A stretch of 57,618 nucleotides of DNA, the filler included, from Sphacelaria rigidula (taxonomy: Eukaryota), in NCBI GenBank assembly GCA_964200075.2. It is 6 parts of 6 records of this genome, joined end to end, with 100 filler letters (N's around TTAATTAATTAA, not from the genome) between each part and the next. Parts side by side here need not be neighbours in the genome. Positions count along the whole stretch, not along the records: positions 38,481 to 47,999 come from CAXNAA020008307.1; positions 48,100 to 57,618 come from CAXNAA020008308.1; 4 more parts are not named here. One strand, given 5' to 3'. The notes under the pieces are model-generated. The model saw only the letters and a list, made by a program, of their open reading frames with translations, ran no database searches and had not been told where the DNA came from. Positions 47,436-57,618 of this stretch are shown piece by piece. The position numbers were made by a program, and so were the translations under genes. The stretch's first letter is position 1; each line of letters begins with the position of its first letter.

Positions 47436-47671
47436 CGGTAGGGGTGCAGAAATATTTTCTGAGGTTGAAATTGTTAGGAGCCCTTTATCTCATGCAAAAT
47501 ACGACCTATGAAAATATGTGAAAGTACGTCAGGATTACTTTTCCAATGTGCTGGAGATATCCCGAATATTTTGCAAATGGGGATGCCCTGATCCATATTT
47601 TCGTGCATCTAAAGAATCGTTAGGAGCCCCTGAACTAGACATAATTTCGCGAAAAAAGTGCACCCCTACCG
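47436..47671. mobile_element. Tc1/mariner-like MITE (CGGTAGGGGTGCA TIRs, TA flanks)
   Basis: TA|cggtaggggtgca ... tgcacccctaccg|TA. A second, diverged copy starts at ~47840 and is cut by the linker at 47999. Confidence 0.8.
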
Positions 47672-47999
47672 TAGCATTGCTCGTGTTGTACACTATTTCA
47701 AAGCTCAAAATTCTGCGCCCGCTTACTTCCCATCTACGTATAATGCACGCCGACAAACCATGAGAGAAGAAGAGATGCCGCTTTGTGTACCCAGCAACAC
47801 AACAAAACCAAGGTCGAGAGGGTGGCGTGAGTGATACCACGGCAGGGGTGCACAAACATTTTATGAGGTTAGAAGTGTTAGGAGCCCTTGATCTCACCCA
47901 AAACACTACTTACGAAAAATACGCCAGGATTACTATTCCAATGTGCTGGGGATATCCCGACTGAATTTTCAAACGGGGGTGTCCTGACCCATTTTCTTG

Positions 48000-48099
48000 N
48001 NNNNNNNNNNNNNNNNNNNNNNNNNNNNNNNNNNNNNNNNNNNTTAATTAATTAANNNNNNNNNNNNNNNNNNNNNNNNNNNNNNNNNNNNNNNNNNNN
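48000..48099. other. Artificial contig linker
   Basis: 44 N + TTAATTAATTAA + 44 N. Confidence 0.98.
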
Positions 48100-48508
48100 C
48101 TTAGTCATTTGACCATTGACCACGCATCCCTTTCGAGACGGAGCATACGGAGACGGGGGGAAGGGGGGGGGTAGGATCGTGATGGACTAAAAGATGTGCA
48201 CCGTCTCCCCGAATCAATAATTACTGTGATGAAAACATTACAAGAACGTGAAAATATCTCAGTTGCAAGGCAAGGGACAGGGCAGCGAGGCGAGCTAAAG
48301 AGGCACTACAAGACAAGCCCAAGAGCAAAGTAATGTCCGCACGCACGGAACTTACAAACCGTCCTTGAGCAAAAACTGATTTCACAACCAAACGTGGGAA
48401 ATACTTGTGTTCAACAAGCACGACGAGTCGGGGGGAGGGGGACAACGAGGAGCGCAAAAACAACGATTTTTGGGCTGAGAGGCCTGCGAAATGCACAGCA
48501 GATTTCAC

Positions 48509-51500
48509 CTGATTGTACACCAAGACGTTCCGGTAGCAGGTCGACGCCTCCATCCGATCGATCAGCTCAAGCGCCGCGTCGACATCGTCCGCCTTCGGAA
48601 CAAACAGAAGAACGAAGCACGACAGTTTTGGAGAGGATATGCGGCGTGAAGCCACGCAACATCGGCAGCAGCAACAGCAGTTCAGGCGAGCAGAAGCAGC
48701 GGCTGCAGCAGGAGGACAACCACCCCTATCACACACCAACAGAAGCAGCGGCGGCAGCGGCAGCAACAACAACAGCGACGACGGCAGCGACGACGACGAC
48801 ATGGACGAATGAACTTACGTTTGCCGCCGTTTTGATGGCGTGCCTGAGGCACTTCTCATCCAGCTCGAGGTCCAGGACATGCATCTTGTCGAGTAGCAAT
48901 ACGCATCGCCGCCACGGTCCCTCACGGTCTTGCTCGCAGCAAGAGTCTCCGATAGCCGAAATGGCATGACGGAAGCAAGCAGTCGTGGGCTGGAGGCCTT
49001 CGGCCTGCGAAAAAAAAAAGCAGCAGAAATCAAAACGGACGGGGATTGAGGTCGTCCGATAGCGAACAGCTGCATGTGTGACAAAACGCAAAAGCGGAGG
49101 CAACAAAAAGCGCGCCACAATGTACTCAAATCCTGTACTCAACGTCCACTGTAGTAGTCCTCACAGCGCCACCACCCCACAATCTACAATCTACCGTACC
49201 ACTGGCAGGGCCCGCTGCCCTTCCTCCGCCAACACTGAAGAAGCGTACACGGCCCTCTCGCGATAAAACACGCACAGTCACACACTAACAAAGAGAAGGT
49301 ATCCTTGTCCAGCAATCGCCATCATGCTAGGTAGGCCCTGCCTCCTACCAGTGCCAAGAAAGTAAAACATAAAAAAGGGTCATGTCCTTTCTCCTTGCCA
49401 TCCATGCAAATGTTTTAGCCAAATCACGTAAAATAAAAATCAATCAATAAAATAATGAACACACATCATCCATCATCAACAACCACGACGACAACGAAGT
49501 AAACAACAACCGCACAGGGGCTCCACCACCACACCTGCATCTCCTCCAAAAGCTCGATCGCAACTTCCCATTCGCCATCCCGCGCAGCCGCCTTGATCGC
49601 CAGGGTGTAACTCAACACTTCGTGTTCCACCTCGTCGCCCCGATAGCAATCGCCGCGCATCTTCTCTAGCAAATGCACCGCTCGCCGCCACTCGCCCCCG
49701 TCTGCGCACCCCATGATCACCGCATTGTACGTGGCGGTGTTTGGGTGAACCCCCTCCGCGCGCATCCGATCGAGGAGGCTTTCTGCTTTTGCTACTTTCC
49801 CGCTACGAGATCCGGCGGCTGCGACCGACGTGTAGCTCCTCTATTCTCGTGACGAGATTTGGCGAGGGTGCGGGGGTGCGGGGAGAGGGGGGTAGGGGGG
49901 GGGCGAAGCTCACGAGCCGGGTGTGAATATATCGATTGAATAATGCGTCAAGTTGCAGCGTGTGCACGACGTCCGCAGACGTGCGATATCGGTGCAGCTG
50001 CTCGACACGACGCTACCTTCAATAAAAGTACACAGGCAAGACTTGCGTACAACCGTGTGGCATTTTTCTCAAATGATCGTGATAGCTGAAGAGAGAGTGT
50101 GTATGTATTTGTGAGGGGGGGGGAGGGGTGCTCAGCCAAGCCGTGTGACCACGTACATACCTACAGCAGCAACAGAAATGGGGGACGTGATCAGCTTGCA
50201 TGAAGATGTTCCTGACGCGCGCGCAACACTCCGTCTGCTCACAAGAAGCAGGAACGCGAGCGAGGAGGTTTGGCCCTCGCTCGCTCTGTGTTTGCCACAT
50301 CTACAGCAAGTCTCACAGGAGAGAGGGACATGTTGCTCTGCTGCCTGCATCGGTGCGCAGGGAGGCCGCTGATGAGCGGATGCAGCAGTCGCCGCGACCC
50401 GGTGGTCAAACTTGTACTACACGCATCATCGGCGAGCTTGGGCGCAGTAGCACCAGTGGGTTCGAATACCGACTCTAGCGGTAGAGTAGCTTGGCATATT
50501 CGGCTGGATTCCGTCGCGGTCAGCGTGAGAATGTGAAACAAAAACAGAGCGCTGCGGGAGTGCCAGCACGTTCGCCCGACAGTTGGTTGCAAGATGACTA
50601 CAGGCCGATGAGCCGGGGGATTGCTGATACGAACTTCGCTTGATAGTCAAGTGCAAAACGGCTACAGGGGAGAGGTGAGTTGATTCGTTGAGACTCGGGA
50701 CTCGCTCTAAGGAAAGGGGGCGGCGTGGAGAGGAGGGGGTGCGGGAGGTGTACTCACGATCTTGCACGCCGTAGTCAGAAGACCATTGGCCTCGCATCCC
50801 TACGAATACGGGACGAAGCCTCTGGTATCCCCACTTTCAGAGACAGCCACGTGTTCCACAATACGGGTATCCCACCACTTAAACACTGCATTGTATGACC
50901 ATCCCCTTTGCACCGAGTTGGGGTTCTCCACTTCGCACAATATGATCTAGCTCGACCACCATCATGGTTACCGCAAAAAAAAAATCGCGGGGGGAGAAAA
51001 TATGACGGTGGTTTTCGAAGTTACAAGTTATTTCCATACAGATGAGGAGAAGAACAGAAGAACTGAGGACAGTGTTTCATGTTCAGCCTGAAAGCTGAGC
51101 AGTCGCCTCTCAACTCACCACATCCGGAGAAAAACCAGCCGCCCTGATCTCTTCCAGCAAACCTAGAGCCTGCGCCACGTACGTCGTCGAAAGGGGATGG
51201 GACAACCGGGCCCAAAAATGCAACACAACCACCCAAGCACGAGCATCCAGTGGAAGCGGCGGAGCACGGGTTTTTCGAGTCAGGGGGGCTCTGGGTCGGG
51301 GTGGGCGGGGGTGGGGTAGGCAGGGGCAAGCAATAACCGATTTCACCTTCACATTCTGCACGGCTCTCCTCTTGTTCCCTGTATATACCCTCAACTATAT
51401 CCTATAGCAGTAATCTATATATTCCATGTTCATAACGCCTTCTTCCGTCGACTGTAGTCCTTCCCCCATTTCCTCAGTCAACTGTTAGACTGCGACGCAT

Positions 51501-54500
51501 TAGGGGATCTTTGCTGGATGTGCGTCGACGGGTATATACACCCAAATCACCTTGGGTAAAACGACACGACACACATACAACGACACAAGTGCAGGCCTTC
51601 GCAAAGCCAAAGGGTTTGTTAAGCAAGGCACTGACCTCCTCCCATCTCCCACTCTTGGAGACAGCTCCCACAGCCGCGTTAAACACCACCAAATCTGGGC
51701 GTAGGGCAGAATCTGTCTTGGCGTCCCTCTGCAATTTCCTCAACACCGACATCACTTCTCGCCACTTGCCCTCCTTGCCGAGGGCTTTCATGCGCGAAGC
51801 GGCATCGTCTAGGCGGGGCGGCCGCGGTATGATGGGCACCGTTTCGTGAACCGACACTTGGTGGTGGTGGTGGTGAGGTGTCGTTTTCCGGACCGACAAG
51901 TGCGCGGCGTGGTTTGACGATATCGCGGCTGCTGCTGCATGGCCGTTGAGATGAGACGCTCCGTTGAGCTCCGCCGGGGGAACTGCGGTGAAAGTAAAAA
52001 ATCAAAAGAGCGATTTCAGAAACGCTACAGATTTTTTTTTCGTCTATTGCGGCATTTATTGTTTTTGTTCAGCGCGATAGGATCGATATATTTCGCTTGA
52101 TAAAAGAAGGGTGGACGAGAAAGTGCGCGGATATCATCCGCGCGGGTTCTTCGTTCAATCATCATAGCGTGATTGGTTGATATGCACAAATTTTATGTAT
52201 TTACTATTGTTTTATTATTTCATTTATCGCGCTTTGAAACCCTTCCCTTCATCGGGACGAGTCCGTGGTCTCAAGGGATCGACCCATTTCTCCCCGGTAC
52301 ACGCCTTGCACTTTGGTCTCGCGGGTTGGGTCAGCACTCCCGCACGGCGTCAACTCACGTCAAACAAACTCAGCCAACTACTTTGTTTATTCACGTTCTT
52401 ACGCTTTCCACGGTGAGAATCAGATACCACGAAGAAAAGCCCAACGCATCGGGAATCGAACCCTCGTTCTCTCCACCCTAATGGCGACAGTCGGACCATT
52501 ACACCACCGGGGCGCGGCGGCAAAGCGGAATCGATACACGAAGTCTGGTGCGTGTAGCGCCGCTTTGCGAGCATTTTCACTCATGCTCGACGTGTTTTGG
52601 TCGGTTGTGGAAACGAGCGTGGAACGCAGTATTTAGTTCATAAAACATCTTCAGGCACAAGAGCTCAGAACAGCGATGCGTGGCGCGGCTGTGCATTGAG
52701 TCGGCTGCATCAACATTAATATACAAGAGGCTGGCGCAGCCAATATACCAGGGATGCGAAGTCAATGGTCTGATGACTACGGCATGCAAAATCATGAGTA
52801 CACCACCCTTGTGCTTTTCAACCATTCCCGTTCCTCGCGACGAATCCGTAGTCTCAAGGGATCAACTTATCTTCCCACCGGTACTGTACATGCCTGACAT
52901 TTTCGTATCGCGGATTGGATCAGCTCTCCCGCATCGCGTCGCTTTCCGTCGAGTTTTCTTTTCGCTATATGTTATCGCGCCCTCATAGTTTCAACGACGG
53001 AAATCAGATCTAAGTACTTCTGAGAGAAAAACGCGTAAAATTATGCAGTGCGATCTTCTCGGAGTCGATTCCCTTGCACCGCCCTAGCCGGGTTCAAGAT
53101 GCACTAGTACGCCGCCAATTCATCAATAATATTCGGGATGCAGCAATACTGTAGTAGCCTTAGCTGCCAGGCAAGGGCGAGAGCTTGATCCCCTCCACCC
53201 CCCCTCCCCCCCCGCTGGTCTGACGAGGGGGGTCTGCCGGAGGTAAGATGATAAAATCCCCTGCTTCAACCTTCCGAGATCGTGGATCGAGCGCATGTGT
53301 GATCGCTCAAGGGCATGCACATTGCATGTACGCGCGGGCTTGAAAGGCCCTCGAAGATCGAAACAAAAAAAGCACAAGATGGCAAGCACATCTTACCCGC
53401 GGTGACTCGGAGACGGCAAGTTCTTCGTGTGCCGGGGAGCCCAAGAAAATATTCATCATAGGGTCTTGGTGTGTTGTTGTGTGATACAAGTCGGCGTGAG
53501 CCAACTCTTGAGCGTACACAAGCACCACACTACTCTCAAAACCACAGTGCAGCAGTACACTACAGTACACCAGACTGTAGGGTGGTTTTTATCACCATAC
53601 TGCACACTGTATCCTGATGTAGAAGCTCAGTTGCACTAACGCGGATTGACTCGACGTCTACAGGAATATATGGATGCCAGCACACAGGTACGGCCAAGCG
53701 GCGCTGCTGTGGTTTGTAACCGAATCATTTGCCTGCCTCGATGTCTGTGCAGGCATGTTCTTCAGAAAAAACGATTTCCTTTGTTCTCATTTACGACTGA
53801 CACGAGCTTGTGCAGGTAGTCATAGGATAGCATCATCCTACTACCCCAGGGTTTGGCTGTCGATTCATTACATTCTCCTGGACGATACGCACAACAATGG
53901 TGGGGTGACATTACATCCCAGACATGCAGGACGAAACTATAAATTTAAAGTTGAACTCTCGGCCCGAATGCGGTCCCTGTTAACACAAGGACGAGGACGG
54001 TTATCTCGTCCAGTAGAGACGGTACAAATGTAGACTAAAGTGGGAATAAAGTGACAGTACACGGACATACAACACGCCGCGCATCAGCACATGAACAAAT
54101 TTAAAAAATCGAGATATGCACGCACCCGCGGCTGTACTGAGCTGCGATAGACTGTAGTTATTGTGTTGAGAGAACTCTCTACAACAGTATAACAGCATTG
54201 CCGACAACACAGTTACAACAGTACGGAGAACAGTTGTATCTCGGAACTATATTTGACATTTGACAGTCCCTTGTTACAGTTGTATCTCAGCACGTCCAAA
54301 ACGACCATACCACTCTGTAATCTCCACGACACACAAACGCACGGTACAGTAGTACACGTACCTGCATGATGCTGAACACTTGCCGCCCGCCTTCCACCCT
54401 CCACATCCGGAACATGACCGCCCAGAACTTCCTCCGCGGCTGCCGCCGCTGCCCCCGGGATGCTCTCCATACCGTCCTCTGTGTTGCGTTCTTGAAACAC

Positions 54501-55139
54501 TTGCTGGCTCATGCAGCAGAAAGCCCCGACGCCTCCCCCCGACGCCGCGCCGACATGCTGATCACCCAACACCAAGCTACGTCCGACGAAAGCGGAATAC
54601 GGCATAGATCCGCCGCCACCGGTACTTTGACTTAAAGCGAGCGTGCTCGCTGCTTGCCTGCTGTTTTTATCTGCCCGTGATCGCCTGTAAGACCTGCGGG
54701 TAGTCGCATGAGACGCCGGCGGGGTGAAGGACGGGCAACAACGCTGCGGAAGAAACGTTGTCGGTCCAGGCGATGCCGGCTGCGGTGGTTGCCCCATAGC
54801 AGCGGCGCCCGCCGCGCACTCCCACGGGTCACGTAGAATAGTGGCCGCTACAACGATAGTCGAGGAGGCTCGACTGGCACAGCTCCTCGTGTTTCGAGCG
54901 CTCGAAGAACAGAGTGTTGCGGCCTTTGTATGTCGCTGTTGTGATTGTTGCTGTTGCTGTCGTCGTCGTCGTTTCTTTTGTTCATGTTGAATTGATCCTA
55001 CCTGTACGTCAAACTTGCTAGCCGTCGCAGTTTTCTGGTGCAGTCGGTTAGTCCAATTACTGTTGGTTTCAATGCTAAGTTTGGTAACAACGGCGCCCGG
55101 CCGATTGTCCAGCATCCCCTCCCTTCGGCATGAGGGCAT
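48509..55139 (-). CDS. Pentatricopeptide repeat (PPR) protein, six exons, 3' end missing
   Basis: Exons: (55139 or 54797)-54362, 51982-51636, 51169-51119, 49840-49535, 49004-48819 and 48592-48509. All introns are GT-AG with compatible phases. The spliced product contains ~35-aa PPR motifs: PDLVVFNAAVGAVSKSGRWEEALGLLEEIRAAGFS / PDVRSYTSVAAAGSRSGKVAKAESLLDRMRAEGVH / PNTATYNAVIMGCADGGEWRRAVHLLEKM / VLSYTLAIKAAARDGEWEVAIELLEEMQAEGLQP. The start codon is uncertain. Confidence 0.92.
52220..52519 (-). mobile_element. tRNA-derived SINE, full length, in PPR intron 1
   Basis: The minus strand carries A-box TGGTGTAATGG and B-box GGTTCGATTCC. Colinear with 35562-35870. Confidence 0.9.
52825..53116 (-). 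mobile_element. Diverged SINE of the same core family
   Basis: Minus strand core gacgcgatgcgggagagctgatccaatccgcgatacgaaa, followed by gatcccttgagactacggattcgtc. The middle part resembles 16350-16410. Confidence 0.72.
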
Positions 55140-55970
55140 ATATAAATAACTCCGAGGCAAACGGTAACGGAGGCACCTCGCCCCCGAGCTAAGGAACTGT
55201 AGAAACCCACGCACAGCGTTTGACGCCAGGCATGACCAGAGAGTTTGCGGCGTAGGGGTTCAGGAGTTTATTTCTGTTGGGATGTTTTTTTAGGGGCAAG
55301 ATCTTGCTTTCTCCGGCCCGCGGTGTGGTCAAGATTTGGACGCACCACATAAACCGCACAAAGCTGCATAGTGTAGGTGACCTAGTAAACTACCTCGGGT
55401 GATGAGAGCTTTTCAATCGAGCTACTTGCGCAAACCGCGACGGATAGCCGCCGAAAACTGTATTGCCAGAAAAAGATCATCAACGGATGCTGCTGTAGCT
55501 CTTTTCTGCCAACGATTTTTTCGGCAATATCATAATACTCGTCGTATACTTGTACGGCTCTTCTCTTCTCGAGACACCCGCGCCGTTGAAACTCGTGTCA
55601 TATGGGGGTGTTGACTCCGTTCACCTGCATGCTGTAGGCTCTTAAGATACAGAAACTGCGTGGCTATGCATTGCGAGCAGTGCCATGATGAGTAGCACGG
55701 TCATCGCTTACTCTTCTCATTGCTGCAACGACTTCATAATGAGCACGCAAGCGATGAACTTCCGAATGTAGGGGTAACGCGCAATACCTCATCACCTGCA
55801 TTTATTTGAAGATATCGCCGATCTCGTTGCGAACGCCGCGCCGTGTCGTTGAGTTGGCGCGAGTTTTTTTTCACACAAACAAACTGGGGCGGTTATTCCC
55901 TCTCCGTGGAAAGTTGTGGGGTACACGCAGACGGGAGCGGTTGGTTCCCGCCCGCCTGTTGTTGTCGATC

Positions 55971-56142
55971 ATGTCCTTAATCGACCAGGAGAAAAATGAG
56001 CTGGCGGCAAACGACGTCAATCCTCGAACGACAACAACGGCAACGCAAGACAGGCAACCGCACCCAGAAGCAGCAGTTGTTGCGGTGGAAATCCACGACC
56101 ATGGCGAGATGATGTCCTTCGATCCAGCTGTGCCGCCTTCTC

Positions 56143-56174
<32 letters not shown>

Positions 56175-56285
56175 CAACAACAATATTATTCAGGGACCAC
56201 GGTTATATTAGCCCCACCGCCTCGTACCCTTCATACCAACAATCCTGCGGTTAGGGACAACGGGTCTTGCCAGTGCTGCTACCCG
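55971..56285 (+). CDS. Probable first exon of an unknown protein with a His/Gln tract and Cys-rich start of a domain
   Basis: atcATG at 55971 opens 105 codons, MSLIDQEKNELAAND...HHHHHQQQQQQQQQYY...DNGSCQCCYP, ending at a consensus donor CCG|gtaagc. Confidence 0.72.
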
Positions 56286-57459
56286 GTAAGCGAGCGTTTC
56301 TTCTGAAACAAATTTCTGCGCGCACACAGAGCCTTGCTACAAGCTGGGGCAGCCGGACAAGTTATTTGAGCATTGCAGGAGGTTGTGCAGCTCGGTTTTC
56401 AGTGCAATGCTTTGAAGTTTGGTATGGAGAATCGTAGGAGCACAATAATAGAAAAAAGTTTACATAATATGACGATAACATTACTTTTTATGTTCGAAGT
56501 GCCATTTTTCACGAAAAATACATCTTAACTCGTGGCTCATCAAGGGCGGGGGAGTCACCGTCTCATATGAACTAGTTTTATCGTGCTCTTCTTGCGATTC
56601 TCCATACCGAATTTCAAAACACAACCCCCTAAATCGAGCTGCACCATACAGATTTACAGGCTGGGTCAGCCTAGAAACGGAGAGCTGTATCTTAAATAAT
56701 AACGTCGCATGGAAAATCACAAGAAATGGCACAATGAGATAAAAAACACCACGACACTGGGAAGGCTTTTTCATTAGTTAAGTTAGGACGTTTTGGGGAA
56801 TTTCGAGAGTTGAGCTTCGAAACTTGGTATGGAAAATCACAAGGGCACAATAAAACGAAAACTTCACGAAGTCGGATTTTTTTTTCCAAAAGAGTCAAGA
56901 CGCTTATTCGAGATTTTCGACGGTTGCGCTTTGAAATTTGGTGTGGAGAATCAGAATCTGAGTTCATCGGCACAGAGCGGGCAGGGAGCAGAAGCAAAAA
57001 TACGAATCCCGCAAAGCCCACCAGACTATTCGGTTTTTGCCAGTGTTTGTTGATCACTTTCTTGCAACAATATTCAACAAAAAACATCCTGACAATTTTC
57101 GAAAAATGTCCTCCGGGGGGGGTGGGGGCTTCGTGTCCGAAACTCTTCTCCCCGTAGTCCATGGGGAGACTGGCAGTTTTTACATAAATTGACCGTTTAT
57201 AATTGAAAATGCAAGTTCAGCCAAGAAAATAACGGCGGCAAACGGGGAGGGCAAGGGTGCCTCGGAACGGTCTCAACGAGTAGAGCAAGTCATTCCAAGA
57301 TGTCAACATCCGCCTAGTCCTCCTCTTTGCGGACGTGAAACGACGGGGAAGGGCCAGAAGGGCAAAGTTCAGAAATCCTTTTCCTTCACACGTAAGAAAT
57401 GGTCTTAACTGGTGAGAAAAGATCCCAACATCGCGGCATTCTTGAGATCATTGTACCCG

Positions 57460-57618
57460 ACACTTTCTACTATAGCCCCCCCCAAAACCAGCTAAGAGTG
57501 TCACGAAAAAAATGGCCATATATATAGCGCCTGATGTCCGGGTTCAGGCTGCATGAAGCGCCTCATATTGGCGACATTGGCTAGAACAAACCCAAGCGTG
57601 GGTATTCCCAGCTTCTCG
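57460..57618 (+). mobile_element. ACACTTTCTAC-TIR MITE, truncated at the window end
   Basis: Colinear with 43847-44005. Confidence 0.9.

Noticed and set aside
46490..48509. Continuation of the PPR gene into the 38481-47999 segment
   Set aside because: It would cross an artificial linker, and no PPR-like exon is visible there.

Overview
Eukaryotic, repeat-rich DNA, most likely from a brown alga (Phaeophyceae). This is inferred from long spliceosomal introns, TTAGGG tracts and Ectocarpus-like RTE LINE, SINE and MITE sequences. The window is not one continuous locus. Five identical 100-bp linkers (44 N + TTAATTAATTAA + 44 N) split it into six segments of 9521, 9520, 9520, 9519, 9519 and 9519 bp, consistent with unplaced contigs concatenated in length order, so nothing should be joined across linkers. 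Segment 1 holds a decayed, intron-containing Sola2-like DDE transposase gene with a Cys-rich domain and a long downstream coding region ending in a Tudor-like stretch, plus an inverted repeat pair. Segment 2 holds decayed LINE and probable hAT remnants, a SINE and MITEs. Segment 3 holds arrays of about 42-bp units built on the palindrome CAATATATATTG, and a (TTG)n tract. Segment 4 has two exons of a Gly/Pro/Met-rich protein, a rearranged tRNA-derived head, MITEs and a SINE. Segment 5 has three exons of a P-loop/sulfotransferase-like gene with a GC-AG intron. Segment 6 has six exons of a PPR gene lying head-to-head with the first exon of a His/Gln-rich gene. I found no intact RNA gene and no CRISPR array. 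All family assignments come from motif recognition by eye; no database search was run.
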